A stretch of DNA of 64,000 nt from the NCBI RefSeq assembly GCF_046119375.1, contig NW_027362768.1:311798001-311862000 (forward strand), read 5' to 3'. Shown piece after piece: positions 37,156-49,135 of the stretch. Position 1 is the stretch's first letter. Each line of letters opens with the position of its first letter. Below the pieces are notes generated by a model. That model saw only the letters and a program-made list of their open reading frames with translations, did not search any database and was not told the DNA's origin. Source of the stretch: Phyllobates terribilis (taxonomy: Eukaryota). The translations under genes were made by a program, and so were the position numbers.

Positions 37156-38785
37156 CAGTACAGACCAAAAGTTTGGACACACGTTCTCATTTAAAGATTT
37201 TTCTGTATTTTTATGACTTTGAAAATTGTACATTCACACTGAAGGCATCAAAACTATGCATTAAAACATGTGGAATAATATACTTAACCAAAAAGTGTGA
37301 AACAGCTGAAAATATGTCTTATATTCTAGGTTCTTCAAAGTAGCCACCTTTTGCTTTGATGACTGCTTTGCACACTCTTCGCATTCTCTTGATGAGCTTC
37401 AAGAGGTAGTCACCGGAAATGGTTTTCACTTCACAGGTGTGTCCTGTCAGTTTTAATAAGTGGGATTTCTTGCCTTATAAATGTGGTTGGGACCATCAGT
37501 TGTGTTGTGCAGAAGTCAGATGGATACACAGCTGATAGTCCTACTGAATAGACTGTTAGAATTTGTATTATGGCAAGAAAAAAGCACCTAAGTAAAGAAA
37601 AACGAGTGCCCATCATTAATTTAAGAAATGAAGGTCAGTCAGTCAGAAAAATTGGGAAAACTTTGAAAGTGTCCCCAAGTGCAGTTGCAAAAACCATCAA
37701 GCGCTGCAAAGAAACTGGCTCACATGAGGACCGCCCCAGGAAAGGAAGACCAAGAGTCACCTCTGCTTCTAAGGATAAGTTTATCCGAGTCAACAGCCTC
37801 AGAAATCGTAGGTTAACAGCAGCTCAGATTAGAGACCAGGTCAATGCCACACAGAGTTCTAGCAGCAGACACATCTCTACAACAACTGTTAAGAGGAGAC
37901 TTTGTGCAGCAGGCCTTCATGGTAAAATAGCTGCTAGGAAACCACTGCTAAGGACAGGCAACAAGCAGAAGAGACTTGTTTGGGCTAAAGAACACAAGGA
38001 ATGGACATCAGACCAGTAGAAATCTGTGCTTTGGTCTGATGAGTCCAAATTTGAGATCTTTGGTTTCAACCACCGTGTCTTTGTGCGACGCAGAAAAGGT
38101 GAACGGATGGACTCTACATGCCTGGTTCCCAACGTAAAGCATGGAGGAGGAGGTGTGATGGTGTGGGGGTGCTTTGCTGGTGACACTGTTGGGGATTTAT
38201 TCAAAATTGAAGGCATACTGAACAAGCATAGCTACCACAGCATCTTGCAGCGGCATGCTATTCCATCCGGTTTGCGTTTAGTTGAACCATCATTTATTTT
38301 TCAACAGGACAATGACCCCAAACACACCTCCAGGCTGTGTAAGGGCTATTTGACCAAGAAGGAGAGTGATGGTGTGCTACTCCAAATGACCTGGCCTCCA
38401 CAGTCAACAGACCTGAATCCAATCGAGATGGTTTGGGGTGAGCTGGACCGCAGAGTGAAGGCAAAAGGGCCAACAAGTGCTAAGCATCTCTGGGAACTCC
38501 TTCAAGATTGTTGGAAGACTATTTCCAGTGACTACCTCTTGAAGCTCATCAAGAGAATGCCAAGAGTGTGCAAAGCAGTCATCAAAGCAAAAGTTAGCTA
38601 CTTTGAAGAACCTAGTATATAAGACATATTTTCAGTTGTTTCACACTTTTTTGTAAAGTATATAATTCCACATGTGTTAATTCATAGTTTTGATGCCTTC
38701 AGTGTGAATGTATAATTTTCATAGTAATGAAAATACAGAAAAATCTTTAAATGGGAAGGTGTGTCCAAACTTTTGGTCTGTACTG
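37156..38785 (+). mobile_element. Tc1-like DNA transposon, same family as 19210-20840
   Basis: Same long TIRs and TA TSD. Confidence 0.95.
37570..38622 (+). pseudogene. Tc1 DD34E-type transposase with a single in-frame stop
   Basis: ORFs 37570-38019 and 38026-38622 are in frame, separated by TAG where the other copy has TGG; motifs WSDESKF, QQDNDPKH, DLNPIEMVW. Confidence 0.92.
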
Positions 38786-39657
38786 TATATAATATATATA
38801 CACACATGCCCCTCAGCCCACTAGTATCCATAGTGTGTGTGTGTGTATATATATATATAATATATTATATATATATATATATGTATATATACTGTATATA
38901 TAATGTTCATTACATATTATCTGCTCACCTATAGAGGATGCCTGGTCAGGTACAGTAGTGGTCGGGCTACATAGGGAAGGTCGACGTGGAGCGGGGGCGC
39001 CATACTGAATCTAGGGTGCCAACCTCCGCTGTCAGGGAGGGAATTGTGAAGGGCAAAACTAGTCCTTATCTCCCCTCATTTCTGCTCTTTTTTTAAATCA
39101 CTGTTTTTCTGTGCAAATGTGTGTGCATTTCTCTCTTTATGTATTGGGGTTTTAAATTAACTAATTAATTAAATATTTTTTTATAGTCTTTGTTATGGTT
39201 TACAAGAATAAGGGCCCTGGTTGATCGCTTTGGTTGTTGATTGAGGGGGCTCATACTGTATATAGGGGGATGTCAGCATACTTAATTGTGCTCAATATTG
39301 TCATACAATTAATATAAAAAAATCATTATAATTAATATTGAGCAAAATTAATTTCTGCCTATTCGTTAAGCCTCCACAACAGTCACTGTCTATCACCACT
39401 GCTCTATTATGTATAGTGCTGTGTTATGTATAGTGCTGTACATAAGGGAAAAATTTGCACGGTGCGCTATGTACGCCACTATCTCTCTCTGTCATTTTTC
39501 ATCTACATATGTGCACCAGAGCACCTGTGTGTTACATGACCTATCACATGATCAATCAAAGGGGATCATGTGACATGTCACGTGACACATCGGGTACCTG
39601 GGAGGGCCCACACCTTCTAAACTTCCCGGGACCCTGGCTACTCTTAATCTACCCCTG

Positions 39658-40247
39658 CTTGTGACTGGAATGCACTTTAACATTATTGTTTGTTATATCT
39701 CCACTCTATATAGGAAATTTCTTTACCATCTAGCAACACCATCTGGTAATTTCCTTACCATCTGACAACACCATTTGGAAACTTCCTTGTCATCTGGAAA
39801 CTACCTTACCATCTGGCAACAACATCTCGCAACTTCTTTACCATCTGGTAACAACGTCTCATAGCTTCCTTACCTTCTGGCAAATCTTGCAAATTCCTGA
39901 CGTCCTGAGGACAGCTCATTAATATCTTGTGACTGGAAAGCACTTTAACACCATCTGGCATCTTGCTTACCATCTGGCAACGACATCTGGCACACTCCTG
40001 ATGTTCTGAAGATAGCTCATCAATATCTTGTGACTGGAATGCACTTTAACATTATTGTTTGTTATATCTCCTCTCTATATAAGAAACTTCCTTACCATCT
40101 GGCAACGTTCTTACCGTCTGGCAACACCATCTGGCAATTGCCTTACCATCTTGTAACTTCCTGACCATCTTGCAACACTGTCTGGCAACTTCCCGACCAT
40201 CTGGCAGCACCATCTGGCAACTTCCTTACGATCTAACGTGCGTTTTT
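39658..40247. repeat. Compound satellite, segment 3
   Basis: Same units after the hAT TSD, ending in ATCTAACGTGCGTTTTT. Confidence 0.9.
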
Positions 40248-40563
40248 TTATGCTTTTTTTATTTGGTTTTATACATAAATTAATGCTTTTTGGAGCTAAA
40301 TAAAGATGATTTGAAAAAAGAAACGTGGGACATCGCTTTAACCCTTGGATTACCGTCAGACCTGGGGTGAGTATATTGGTTAATTTAAATGATTAAAAAA
40401 TGTGTAAGCCATAATCATCAACATTAACAGAAATAAACACTTGAAATAGATCACTCTGTTTGTAATGACTCTATAGAATATAGGCGTTTCACTTTTTGTA
40501 TTGAAGAACTGAAATAAATTTACTTTTTGATGATATTCTAATTTAGTGAGATGCACCTGTATA

Positions 40564-41821
40564 CCGTATTCTTCGGACTATAAGACGCACTTTTTTTCTC
40601 CCAAATTTGGGGGGAAAAGGGGTTGCGTCTTATGGTTCAAATGTAGCACAAATACAGTTGCTCTAGTGCTTACTATGGTGTGGGGCGGAAGCAGTGGCAA
40701 TGGAGCGTGGTCGTGATGCAGGTAGCGGGGTCGCACGGCAGGAAGAGGGATCGCACAGCAGGGATCAGCGGCGACGCCATTAATGCACTATGACCGTCTT
40801 AGACAAGAGCAAGGGTGTCTCCGGTCCAGATCACGTGCTGCAGTGACGTTACTCAAAGGCAGGGCCGGGACAACACAGAACAGTACAGCGCGCAGTCCCC
40901 TTGGCCCTGCCTATTAGTAACGTCACTGGTGATCTGGACCAGAGACCGCCCTCCTTTCACCTGTCTAACACGGCCATAGCGCATTAATAGCGGCAATGGA
41001 GCGTGGTCGCGCTGCAGGTAGCTGGGTCGCACAGCAGGGTGAAGGATCACACAGCAGGGATGAACGGCGCTGTTATGAATTCACTATGGCCACCTTTGCC
41101 AAGAGAAAGGGGGCGGTCTCCGGTCCACATCATGTGCTGCAGTGACATTACTAAGAGGTAGGGCTGGGGGGTGCTGCGCGCTGTACTGTTCTGTGTTGTC
41201 CCGGCCCTACATCTTAGTAACGTCACTGCAGCACGTGATCATGACCGGAGACCGTCCCCTTCCTCCTGGCAAGCGCGGCCATAGTGATTTCATAACAGCG
41301 CCGTTCATCCCTGCTGTGTGATCCTTCACCCTGCTGTGCGACCCTGCTCCCTGCCTAGTCGAGACAAACAGTGAGGCTAGCATTATACTGCAGTTTAAGT
41401 TACAGCACATACTGTAAAACACTGTACCACTGTGGTGAACTATAACTCCCAGCATGCCGTAGAATCTGCAGGACTTGCTAGGAGTTATAGTTCTCAGGGA
41501 AACCACATGACATAAATGTGGAGCCAACTATATCTCCCAGCATGCCATAGAAGCAGCAGGAGGTGCTGGGAGTTATACTTCTCAGGGCAACCAGTTGACA
41601 TAAATGGTACCTATGGACTCTTAAAGAGGACATACCATACGTGGCTGAAGTCATACAGCCAGTACCTGCGGATCGTGCAACATGTATTAGGTGCTGGCTG
41701 TATGACTTCAGCCACGTGTATTATGTTATTAAATATTTTACCACATTTTTTACTTCAAAAGTTTTTTTCCCCTATTTTCCACCTCTAAAACCTGGGTGTG
41801 TCTTATAGTCCGAAAATACGA
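40564..41821. mobile_element. pogo/Tigger-like non-autonomous element with internal inverted repeats
   Basis: TIR CCGTATTCTTCGGACTATAAGACGCAC / GTGTCTTATAGTCCGAAAATACG, TA flanks; inverted blocks at about 41020-41170 and 41200-41345. Confidence 0.8.
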
Positions 41822-42331
41822 TATATTATATTTTACGCCAATTTTTTTTTCAATTTACCTTTAAGTTAATTTGTGCTTTCATTATTAATGGAGTAAAAGG
41901 GTTTATTTTTGGATTGTGTGCTATCATGGTAGCACGAGACCCATTGATTTTCCCAGAAATTCTTAACCAATATAATAAAAACACGTGACACACTAAATTT
42001 GTGGAATAAATAGGCCGTGATGTTTTTATTAAGAGTTACTTTAAATTAATATGAATAGATAAATACCATAAATAGTTTTAATATTATCATCCATAAATTT
42101 TAATACTAGAAAATTATCATAAAACCATATAACAACCAAAAACAAAGAACAACTGCACCCAGCAAAAGCTGGGCGATTATCCACCAGTCAGGACTACAAG
42201 ACCTGCCCCCCCCCCCAACAAAAACATCACAGCCATTTCTCCATAGCATTTTGCAAACCCAAATTAAAAATATTCAGACCTATGTCTGACAAATGTACTA
42301 AATCTCTCCTAAATAAACCTGGCGCAAATAC

Positions 42332-42790
42332 CTATGAATCAGAATATCTGTAAGAAAAACCCCCTCGCAAATTCATAAATTTTTCCATCGATCTATTCAG
42401 TCTTTTCCTCATTTTCTCAAAAAACTTGCTATCTAAACCTGACCAAACTAATCTTGGGACAATTTCTGAATAAACTAAATAAGCATTGGGAAACCAACAT
42501 TTAATTAAAGAAACATCTCTACGCAGTAACCAAAGAAGGTGCAAAGTTTTTAGCTTACCTGTGTCGATTCCACCTTCATGAATTATAATTAAATATGGAT
42601 TTGGCCATAACAAAGATACTTTTTAATTTCATTAGGAACATTTTCCCACCTTAGACCTCTAACACCATACCAGAAAACATTGAAATTTTACAAGATCAAA
42701 AGATAAGTTTTCAGAATAAGACCTCTTGTTTGCCCTCTTCTGGGCCCAATGGATATAAGAATGACCCAGGATCCAGATAACCATTGTACC
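42332..42790 (-). pseudogene. SGNH/GDSL-like hydrolase remnant
   Basis: IWILGHSYIHWAQKRA block followed by IIIHEGGID...LRRD...YSEIVPR (ORF 42332-42613). Confidence 0.75.
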
Positions 42791-42829
42791 TGAGAGATGA
42801 ATATTAAAGTTTAACAATTAATTCTGGTC

Positions 42830-43517
42830 TTACATAAATCTTGTACCAGTTAGATTCCCATCTACCTATCTTTTGTTCTTTCATTCAAACCTAAGATGAT
42901 ATCTTCATTTTCTCCAAACCTAGTTTCAATAAACCTTTTTAAGCACTGCATTGAATTGAAATTTCATAATCGGAATAAGATCAACTTGTATAAATAAAGA
43001 ACCTTTATGAACTGGTCTAATGCGTAACCATTTTATGAGGTTAAAAACCGGGCATAAATTAACATTCTTCAAACTATGTTCCCTAATCCAGCTTCCTTTC
43101 CCCCTTCCGATCTGTTTTTGATCTTTTTATATACACTAGCATAATTATTATTTTTTTTTTTTAAATAATCTCTTCTTACTCTCAAAAGCAGCTCACCAAT
43201 TCTTAACACAGCAAAAAAGCCTATAGAAAAATTTCTCTAAATAAGCAGGCTTCAAAATCATTAAAAGAAGCTTCAGCTAAAACTAAAGAAAGCTTTTGCA
43301 GCAAAACAATAGAAATTGGTCGACTATCATCCGGCGTTGCAAACACTCTACTAAAACCTTTTAAAGCCTGCTTTACAGGAAAAAAATACATATAAAAGGA
43401 AAAAGATGATTTTTTAGAGAACAAATAATTTAAAAATAATAAAACAGATTCTAGTATGATAGGTGAGTTGGGCAAGGGATCCCTTCTTGATCCACTTCTA
43501 AACAAAATGCTTCCCAT
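42830..43517 (-). pseudogene. Tyrosine recombinase remnant
   Basis: Hand translation gives LRIGEL, YIKRSKTD, LCPV and GRWES..Y..YVRP. Confidence 0.8.
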
Positions 43518-43723
43518 TGGTGGCGAGAAAGGACGTTAGCTATTAATTTATTGCCATTCTCTATCAACAAGCTTTTACCTTTATGTTCTGTTTAAGACAA
43601 AAAAACAAAACAAACTAAATGTCAAATTAGTTTTGCTGAGTAAAAACATTTTGAAGTAAGAGTATTCAGTGCTAAAACAACACCTCTATAACCATAATTA
43701 ACAACAGCTTCTGCAAACAAAAT

Positions 43724-45451
43724 TCAGCCCGTCTGAAGAAGCAAAATCAAACTGCCAACAACTGCGTCCATTAAAAAATCTAAAAATTTGTTCCAAACAG
43801 CCATATCTTCTTTTATAGCTTTTGTTGAATGAATATGACATTTTGGAAACTTAATACCTTTCTTGGCATCATACATCCTTCTTCTAAAAATCATACCCAT
43901 AGGGATGATATGAAGAGAAAAATTCAACAATCTTAATACAGACTGAAGCTCTTTAAATGTTGTTTTATAATATACTTTTCAATAAATAAATCCAAAAGAA
44001 CAAAATAATTGGTGACCAGATATCCCTTATTGAATAAAGAACCTATAAATGTGGCTCATGGTCAGTATAAAATGAACATTTATTGAAAAATTCATAAAAA
44101 CACATAAGAAACAATAATACAAAAGAGGAAAAAAGTAAACAGAAAAATGGGCATCTGAGGGTGGGTAGAAGCACTTGGTAAATTCTTGTTGCACTTTGCA
44201 CTTTACCCAAATGATAGTTTCCACATGTGTCTTTACTTAGGCTGGCTTTGGTCATTGTGTGTTTTCTGTACATGATTTTATATATCGATTTATGCTTCTA
44301 CCCACCCTCAGATGCCCATTTTTCTGTTTACTTTTTTCCTCTTTTGTATTATTGTTTCTTATGTGTTTTTATGAATTTTTCAATAAATGTTCATTTTATA
44401 CTGACCATGAGCCACATTTATAGGTTCTTTATACTTTTCAATAAGCCAAGCAATCTACTTAGTTTAACTAAAGGTAATCTACAATCCATTTTCAAGAAGT
44501 CAACTGTGATACCCAAAAATTCCAAGCAATTACAAGGAGAAACCGTCTTTTCTTCTGCTAAAGGTACACCAAACCACTAAGACAATTCTTTAAATCTTAA
44601 TAACTACTTCAAACAATTATCAGAGCCATAATTAGCTATAAACAAAAAGTCGTCTAAATAATGCAAAACCCCTCCCTCCTTTACCTGAAACTGCAAAACC
44701 CAATGTAAAAAAGAACAAAAAGCTTCAAAATAAAAACATGATGAAGAAAAACCCATAGCTAAACTCCTGTCAAAATAAAAATTCCCTTTAAACTGAAAAC
44801 CAAGTGAATTAAAGCCTTTAATATTAACTGGTAACAATCTAAATGCAGATTTAATGTCAGTTATTGCCATCAAAACTTCTTTACCGAACGATTTCAATCA
44901 ACTGCTTGTTCAAATTATGCATATTTGACTGACGACTCTGATTTACTTATCTCGTCATTCAATGAAGCGTCAACAGGAAAAGAGAGATGGTGGATCAAAC
45001 TAAAAGATCCCACGTCCTCTTAAGGTACTACTCCAAGAGGAGATAACCTAAAATTTTGTAATGGAGGAAAAGAAAAAAAAAACCTGATATTCTTCCCATC
45101 TCTATTTCTTTCCTTATCTTTTCTTCAACCGCATTTTCAAATATTTTTTACGGAAGACAAATTTTCCACCCAGCAGCACCCTTTACCAAAAAACTCAGGT
45201 ACATAAAACCCTTTCTTGAATCCTTCAAAAAACAAATCAGCCTTGTCCCGGTTTGGGAACAGCTCGAGCCATAGACACATTCTTTCCAGCATCACTGGCT
45301 TGCACTCTTTTAAAAAGTTCTTTTGATCCTGGTTGCTGCTGATTGGATTGTTCATTCTTTTTGAAACATTTCGACATGGGGTGCATACCCCCTCTGAAAG
45401 AGCACTCATTCCAAAATCTACAGTTGGCTTGCCATTTGCAAGCCGACTCAT
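43724..45451 (-). pseudogene. DIRS/Ngaro RT-RNaseH remnant
   Basis: ORFs 45137-45451, 44604-44897 and 43724-43930; interrupted by an insertion at 43986-44429. Confidence 0.85.
43986..44429. mobile_element. Fold-back insertion with a 15-bp TSD
   Basis: TATACTTTTCAATAA at 43971-43985 and 44430-44444; inverted arms of about 145 bp inside. Confidence 0.75.
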
Positions 45452-47063
45452 TGTAAATTAAGCAAAAACCTCTTTTAGTCATTACAGGAACTGCTGTTCT
45501 GGAAAAACTGTTCCTCTGTAGTAACAATGTTAATCCACAGCCCTACGTCTACACCGCATTTTAGTGAATTATGAACTAAAAGTTTCTGTCTAAACATGTC
45601 TTCATAATTGTACCAGGCCATACCGTCAAAATTGCGGTATGCCTCCAATACAATATACATACATTGGGATAAGCCCGAACACAAATGAGATTTCTTTTCA
45701 CCTAAAAACAGAAGCGTAAATGGAAAAAATCTGAATCCAATTGTTGAAAGATTTAATAACCCCTTTTTTCTTATCATCACTTTCAGATTTTTCCATCCCT
45801 TTTATCCTGCTTAGGATCTCTTAAAGGGAGCAATGAAAAAATGTCTATGTATTTTAAATTCCAAATACGCTCCATAACTTAAATTAAACCCTAAAGGAGA
45901 GATTTCACAAACTAATCCTTCTTTGAGACAAGTCTCAGACACATCAGATCTTTTAGGAACTGATTTGCTAGATCTATCCAAAGAAACATCAGACCTAATA
46001 TTAGATAAAAACTCAGGCTCGTTAAACATGTCAAAAAAATTTCTTTAACTGTCTCTTTAAAAAAGTCTACATTAATATTAGAAGGAGGGACAGACAATGG
46101 CACATAAAATTTCTCTTCTTCACAGCATCTATCTGGTCCTGGGGTACCTGTGATGTCTTCTTCAGCCCTCATAACCTCCTGTAGTGGTGAGCACCGATGC
46201 CGCTAACCTTCTTTAGATCTTGCTGCTTCTTCCTCAGATGATGTATCACTGGCGTCGCACCAGGCACTGGACACTGATGCACTTACTCTTCTTGCACATC
46301 CCCTAGCGACCTGCAGTGACAAAATAGCGCTTACCGCAACTTGTTCTGATGCGTCCGGTCTCTCAAGGATCACCGCTAGTTCACAGACGCTCTTTGCTGA
46401 GGTAACAGATGCCGCCTTATGACGTTCACGATTACGCGACTCGGCCTTCGAACTTACGATAGGCGTTGACATTCTTCTGGATCCGGTCTTTTTCCTGGCG
46501 GTCAACATCGGTGGTGAGTATGCATTACGGCGTCTCCGTTTCCTTTTCAAGTTTAGATAGCTCTGATGCTCGTCCTCAACCGCCACTGCAGAATTCTCTT
46601 CAGGACTTACTTCTTGCTGAAACCCACTTATTCTTCTCTCTTCTTCAGCAATTGATTGAAGATGTTGCTCCTTAAGGCATCTCTTCAGCCAATCTTCCCT
46701 GTTGGCTTCCCTCGCTCTCCTCAACATCTGTTCAATAAGGCTCTCCATCTGTCTTCTTTCTTGATCTGACGGCGAATGCCAGCAGCTGACTGGAACTGTT
46801 GTTTAAATATAAGAGCAAACTCCCGCTCTTTTTGATCCAACCAATCATAACTCTTCAAAAAGACCGTGCAGCATAACTGCCAAGAACCAGTTCAAAGCTG
46901 CTCGTGCCTCAGCACCTACAAGAATAAACTGAACACAACTGTTAATAATATATAACTTTATAAATGAGCTTTAATAAAATGTTCACTTTATAGGGTCTGT
47001 GTGACCATGTATCCCCCATTTTAATATGGCGGGCCCCTCATTCTAATTGTCTTTACTTTTCTC

Positions 47064-47256
47064 GTGAGGTGCACATGTAACGTGATCTGGCAGAAGTTGC
47101 AGCCCATCGTGTGCCTTCCCCAACCGAGAAGACTTGGCTGCAGGTCACAGCAGGCTTTCAGAATGTGGCCAACTTCCCCAACTGCATGGGTGCCGTTGAT
47201 GATGGAAAACGTGTAACGGTTTAGCAGCCACCAAGATCAGGATCACACTTCTTTAA
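47064..47256 (+). pseudogene. PIF/Harbinger transposase fragment
   Basis: Hand translation with frameshifts gives TWLQVTAGFQNVANFPNCMGAVD and PPRSGSHFFN. Confidence 0.75.
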
Positions 47257-48523
47257 CCCCTTTCCGGCCCAAGGCATACTAATACGTATCTGTGCCCTGG
47301 GCCTTATGGGCCAGATACGTATTAGTACGCCTTGGCGATTTTGCCCGCACACGAGATCGCCGCCGATCCCTGCACATTAACTCCCGAAATGCTGCGATTG
47401 ACATCGATCGCAGCATTCCGGTGGCAAGAGGAGGTAAGCGTGATACTTACCTTCTCTGCCGGCGTCCCACGGCGTCTGAGTCCAGTCCCGAATGTTGTCA
47501 TGGTGACCCGATGTCATCATGGCAACATCTTGGTCACCAGGAGGCAGGAAGTTGCTTTGGTCATGCGCAGTGCGCGACCAAAGTAACTTCTCCCTGTGCA
47601 GCCTGGCTGCATAGCACAGGGATGGTACTGCATTCCTGTGCTATACAGCCGATCAGGCTGCAAAAAGTGAAAGTCCCATAGTGGGACAATGTGTAAAAGA
47701 TCAAAAAGTGAAAAAAAAAATAAAAAAAAAAAAATTTGTAAAAATATAATAAAAAAAAAGAAAAAAAAAATAAGAATATATTGTACCCATAAATAAATAA
47801 TCTTATAAAAAAAAAATAAACCAATAAAAGTACACATATTTCGTATCGCCGCGTCCGGAACGACCTGACCTATAAAACTGTCCCACTAGTTAACCCCTTT
47901 AGTGAACACGGTAAAAAAAAAAGAAAGAAACATAAAACGATGCTTTATCATCATACCGCCAATCAAAAAATGGAATAAAGCGCGATCAAAAAGACGAATG
48001 TAAATAAAAATGGTACCGCTGAAAACATAATCTTGTCCCGCAAAAAAACAAGCCACCATGCAGCTCCAACGGCCGAAAACTAAAAAAGTTATAACTCTCA
48101 GAATAAAGTGATGCAAAACAAAGAATAAGGCTGCCTTATCAATTTTACCACACGCAGAACGCCATAAAAAAATAAATAAATAAACAATTCCTGAATTGTT
48201 GGTTTTTGTTTATTCTGCCTCCCAAAAATCAGAATAGAAAGCGATCAAAAAATGGCACGTGCCCGAAAATGGTACCAATAAAAACGTCCTGCAAAAAACA
48301 AGCCATGACATGACTCTGTCGGCCGAAATATGGAAAAATTATAGCTCTCAAAATATGGCGATACAAAAACTAGTCTTTGCAAAAAAAAGGGTTTTTTAGT
48401 GTATGACAGCTGTCAATCATAAAAACCCGTTATGAATCTAATATCGTTGTAATTGCACCGAACCGAAGAATAAAGTCGTCTAATCACTTAAACCGCACAA
48501 GGAATGCTAGAAAAAATAAACTC

Positions 48524-48778
48524 TAGGGTTAGGGTTGTGCTAGGGTTAGGGTTGTGCTAGGGTTAGGGTTGTGCTAGGTTTAGGGTTAAGGTTGTGCTAG
48601 GGTTAGGGTTGGGCTAGGGTTAGGGCTGGGCTAGGGTTAAGGGTGGTCTAGGGTTAGGATTGTGCTAGGCTTAGGGTTCTGCTAGGGTTAGGGTTGTGCT
48701 AGGGTTAAGGTTAGGGTTGGGCTAAGGTTAGGGTTGGGGTTGTATTAGAGTTGGGGTTAGGCTTGTGTTGGGGTTGGG
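48524..48778 (+). repeat. Telomere-like TTAGGG-containing minisatellite
   Basis: TAGGGTTAGGGTTGTGC (17-mer) and variants. Confidence 0.9.
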
Positions 48779-48823
48779 ATTTTTTCAGAAGTAAAGAAAA
48801 AAATGACATGATGATATGGTGAC

Positions 48824-49135
48824 TAATGTTGAGCGCAAGTGCTTGATATTTGACTTTGCATCGGGTGCTTGGGTATGCACTGAGTATAGCGGGTGCTCGA
48901 GTGACATGCTCGAGTCTCCGTCCCATATGTTTTGCAGCTGTTATACAGCAAAAAAAACCATCGCGGGGATTGCCTGCCATGCACGAGCGATCCCCGCATG
49001 TTTTTTTTGGGGTGTCTAATAACAGTGAAACATGCGGGCGGGGACTTAAGCATGTCACTTGAGCACCCGCGATACTTGGTGCATACCTGAGTACCCGATG
49101 CAAACTCAAGTAGCGAGCACTTGCACTCAAGACTA
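48824..49135. mobile_element. Palindromic hAT-family MITE inside element D
   Basis: TAATGTTGAGCGCAAGTGCT...AGCACTTGCACTCAAGACTA; degenerate 8-bp flanks ATGGTGAC / ATGACAAC; orthologous copy at 60892-61191. Confidence 0.75.

Larger units (their letters stand above)
35909..39657. mobile_element. Non-autonomous hAT-type element inserted in the satellite
   Basis: 8-bp TSD CTTGTGAC at 35901-35908 and 39658-39665; imperfect TIRs CATAGGCAGATTA / CAGGGGTAGATTA (10 of 13 match). Confidence 0.8.
42180..46850 (-). mobile_element. Degenerate Ngaro/DIRS tyrosine-recombinase retrotransposon
   Basis: Minus-strand order is gag-like ORFs (46748-45237, C/H-rich finger), RT (DIKSAFR...YLDDFL), RNaseH, tyrosine recombinase (FFAVLRIGEL, KRSKTD, GRWESNWYKIYVRP) and SGNH hydrolase (WILGHSYIHWA). 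Confidence 0.88.

Noticed and set aside
44027-44580. Hydrophobic ORFs mirrored on both strands
   Set aside because: They are translations of the AT-rich inverted arms of the fold-back insertion.
48524-48778. True telomere or chromosome-fusion scar
   Set aside because: The tract is short, degenerate, in a single orientation and duplicated within both copies of element D.
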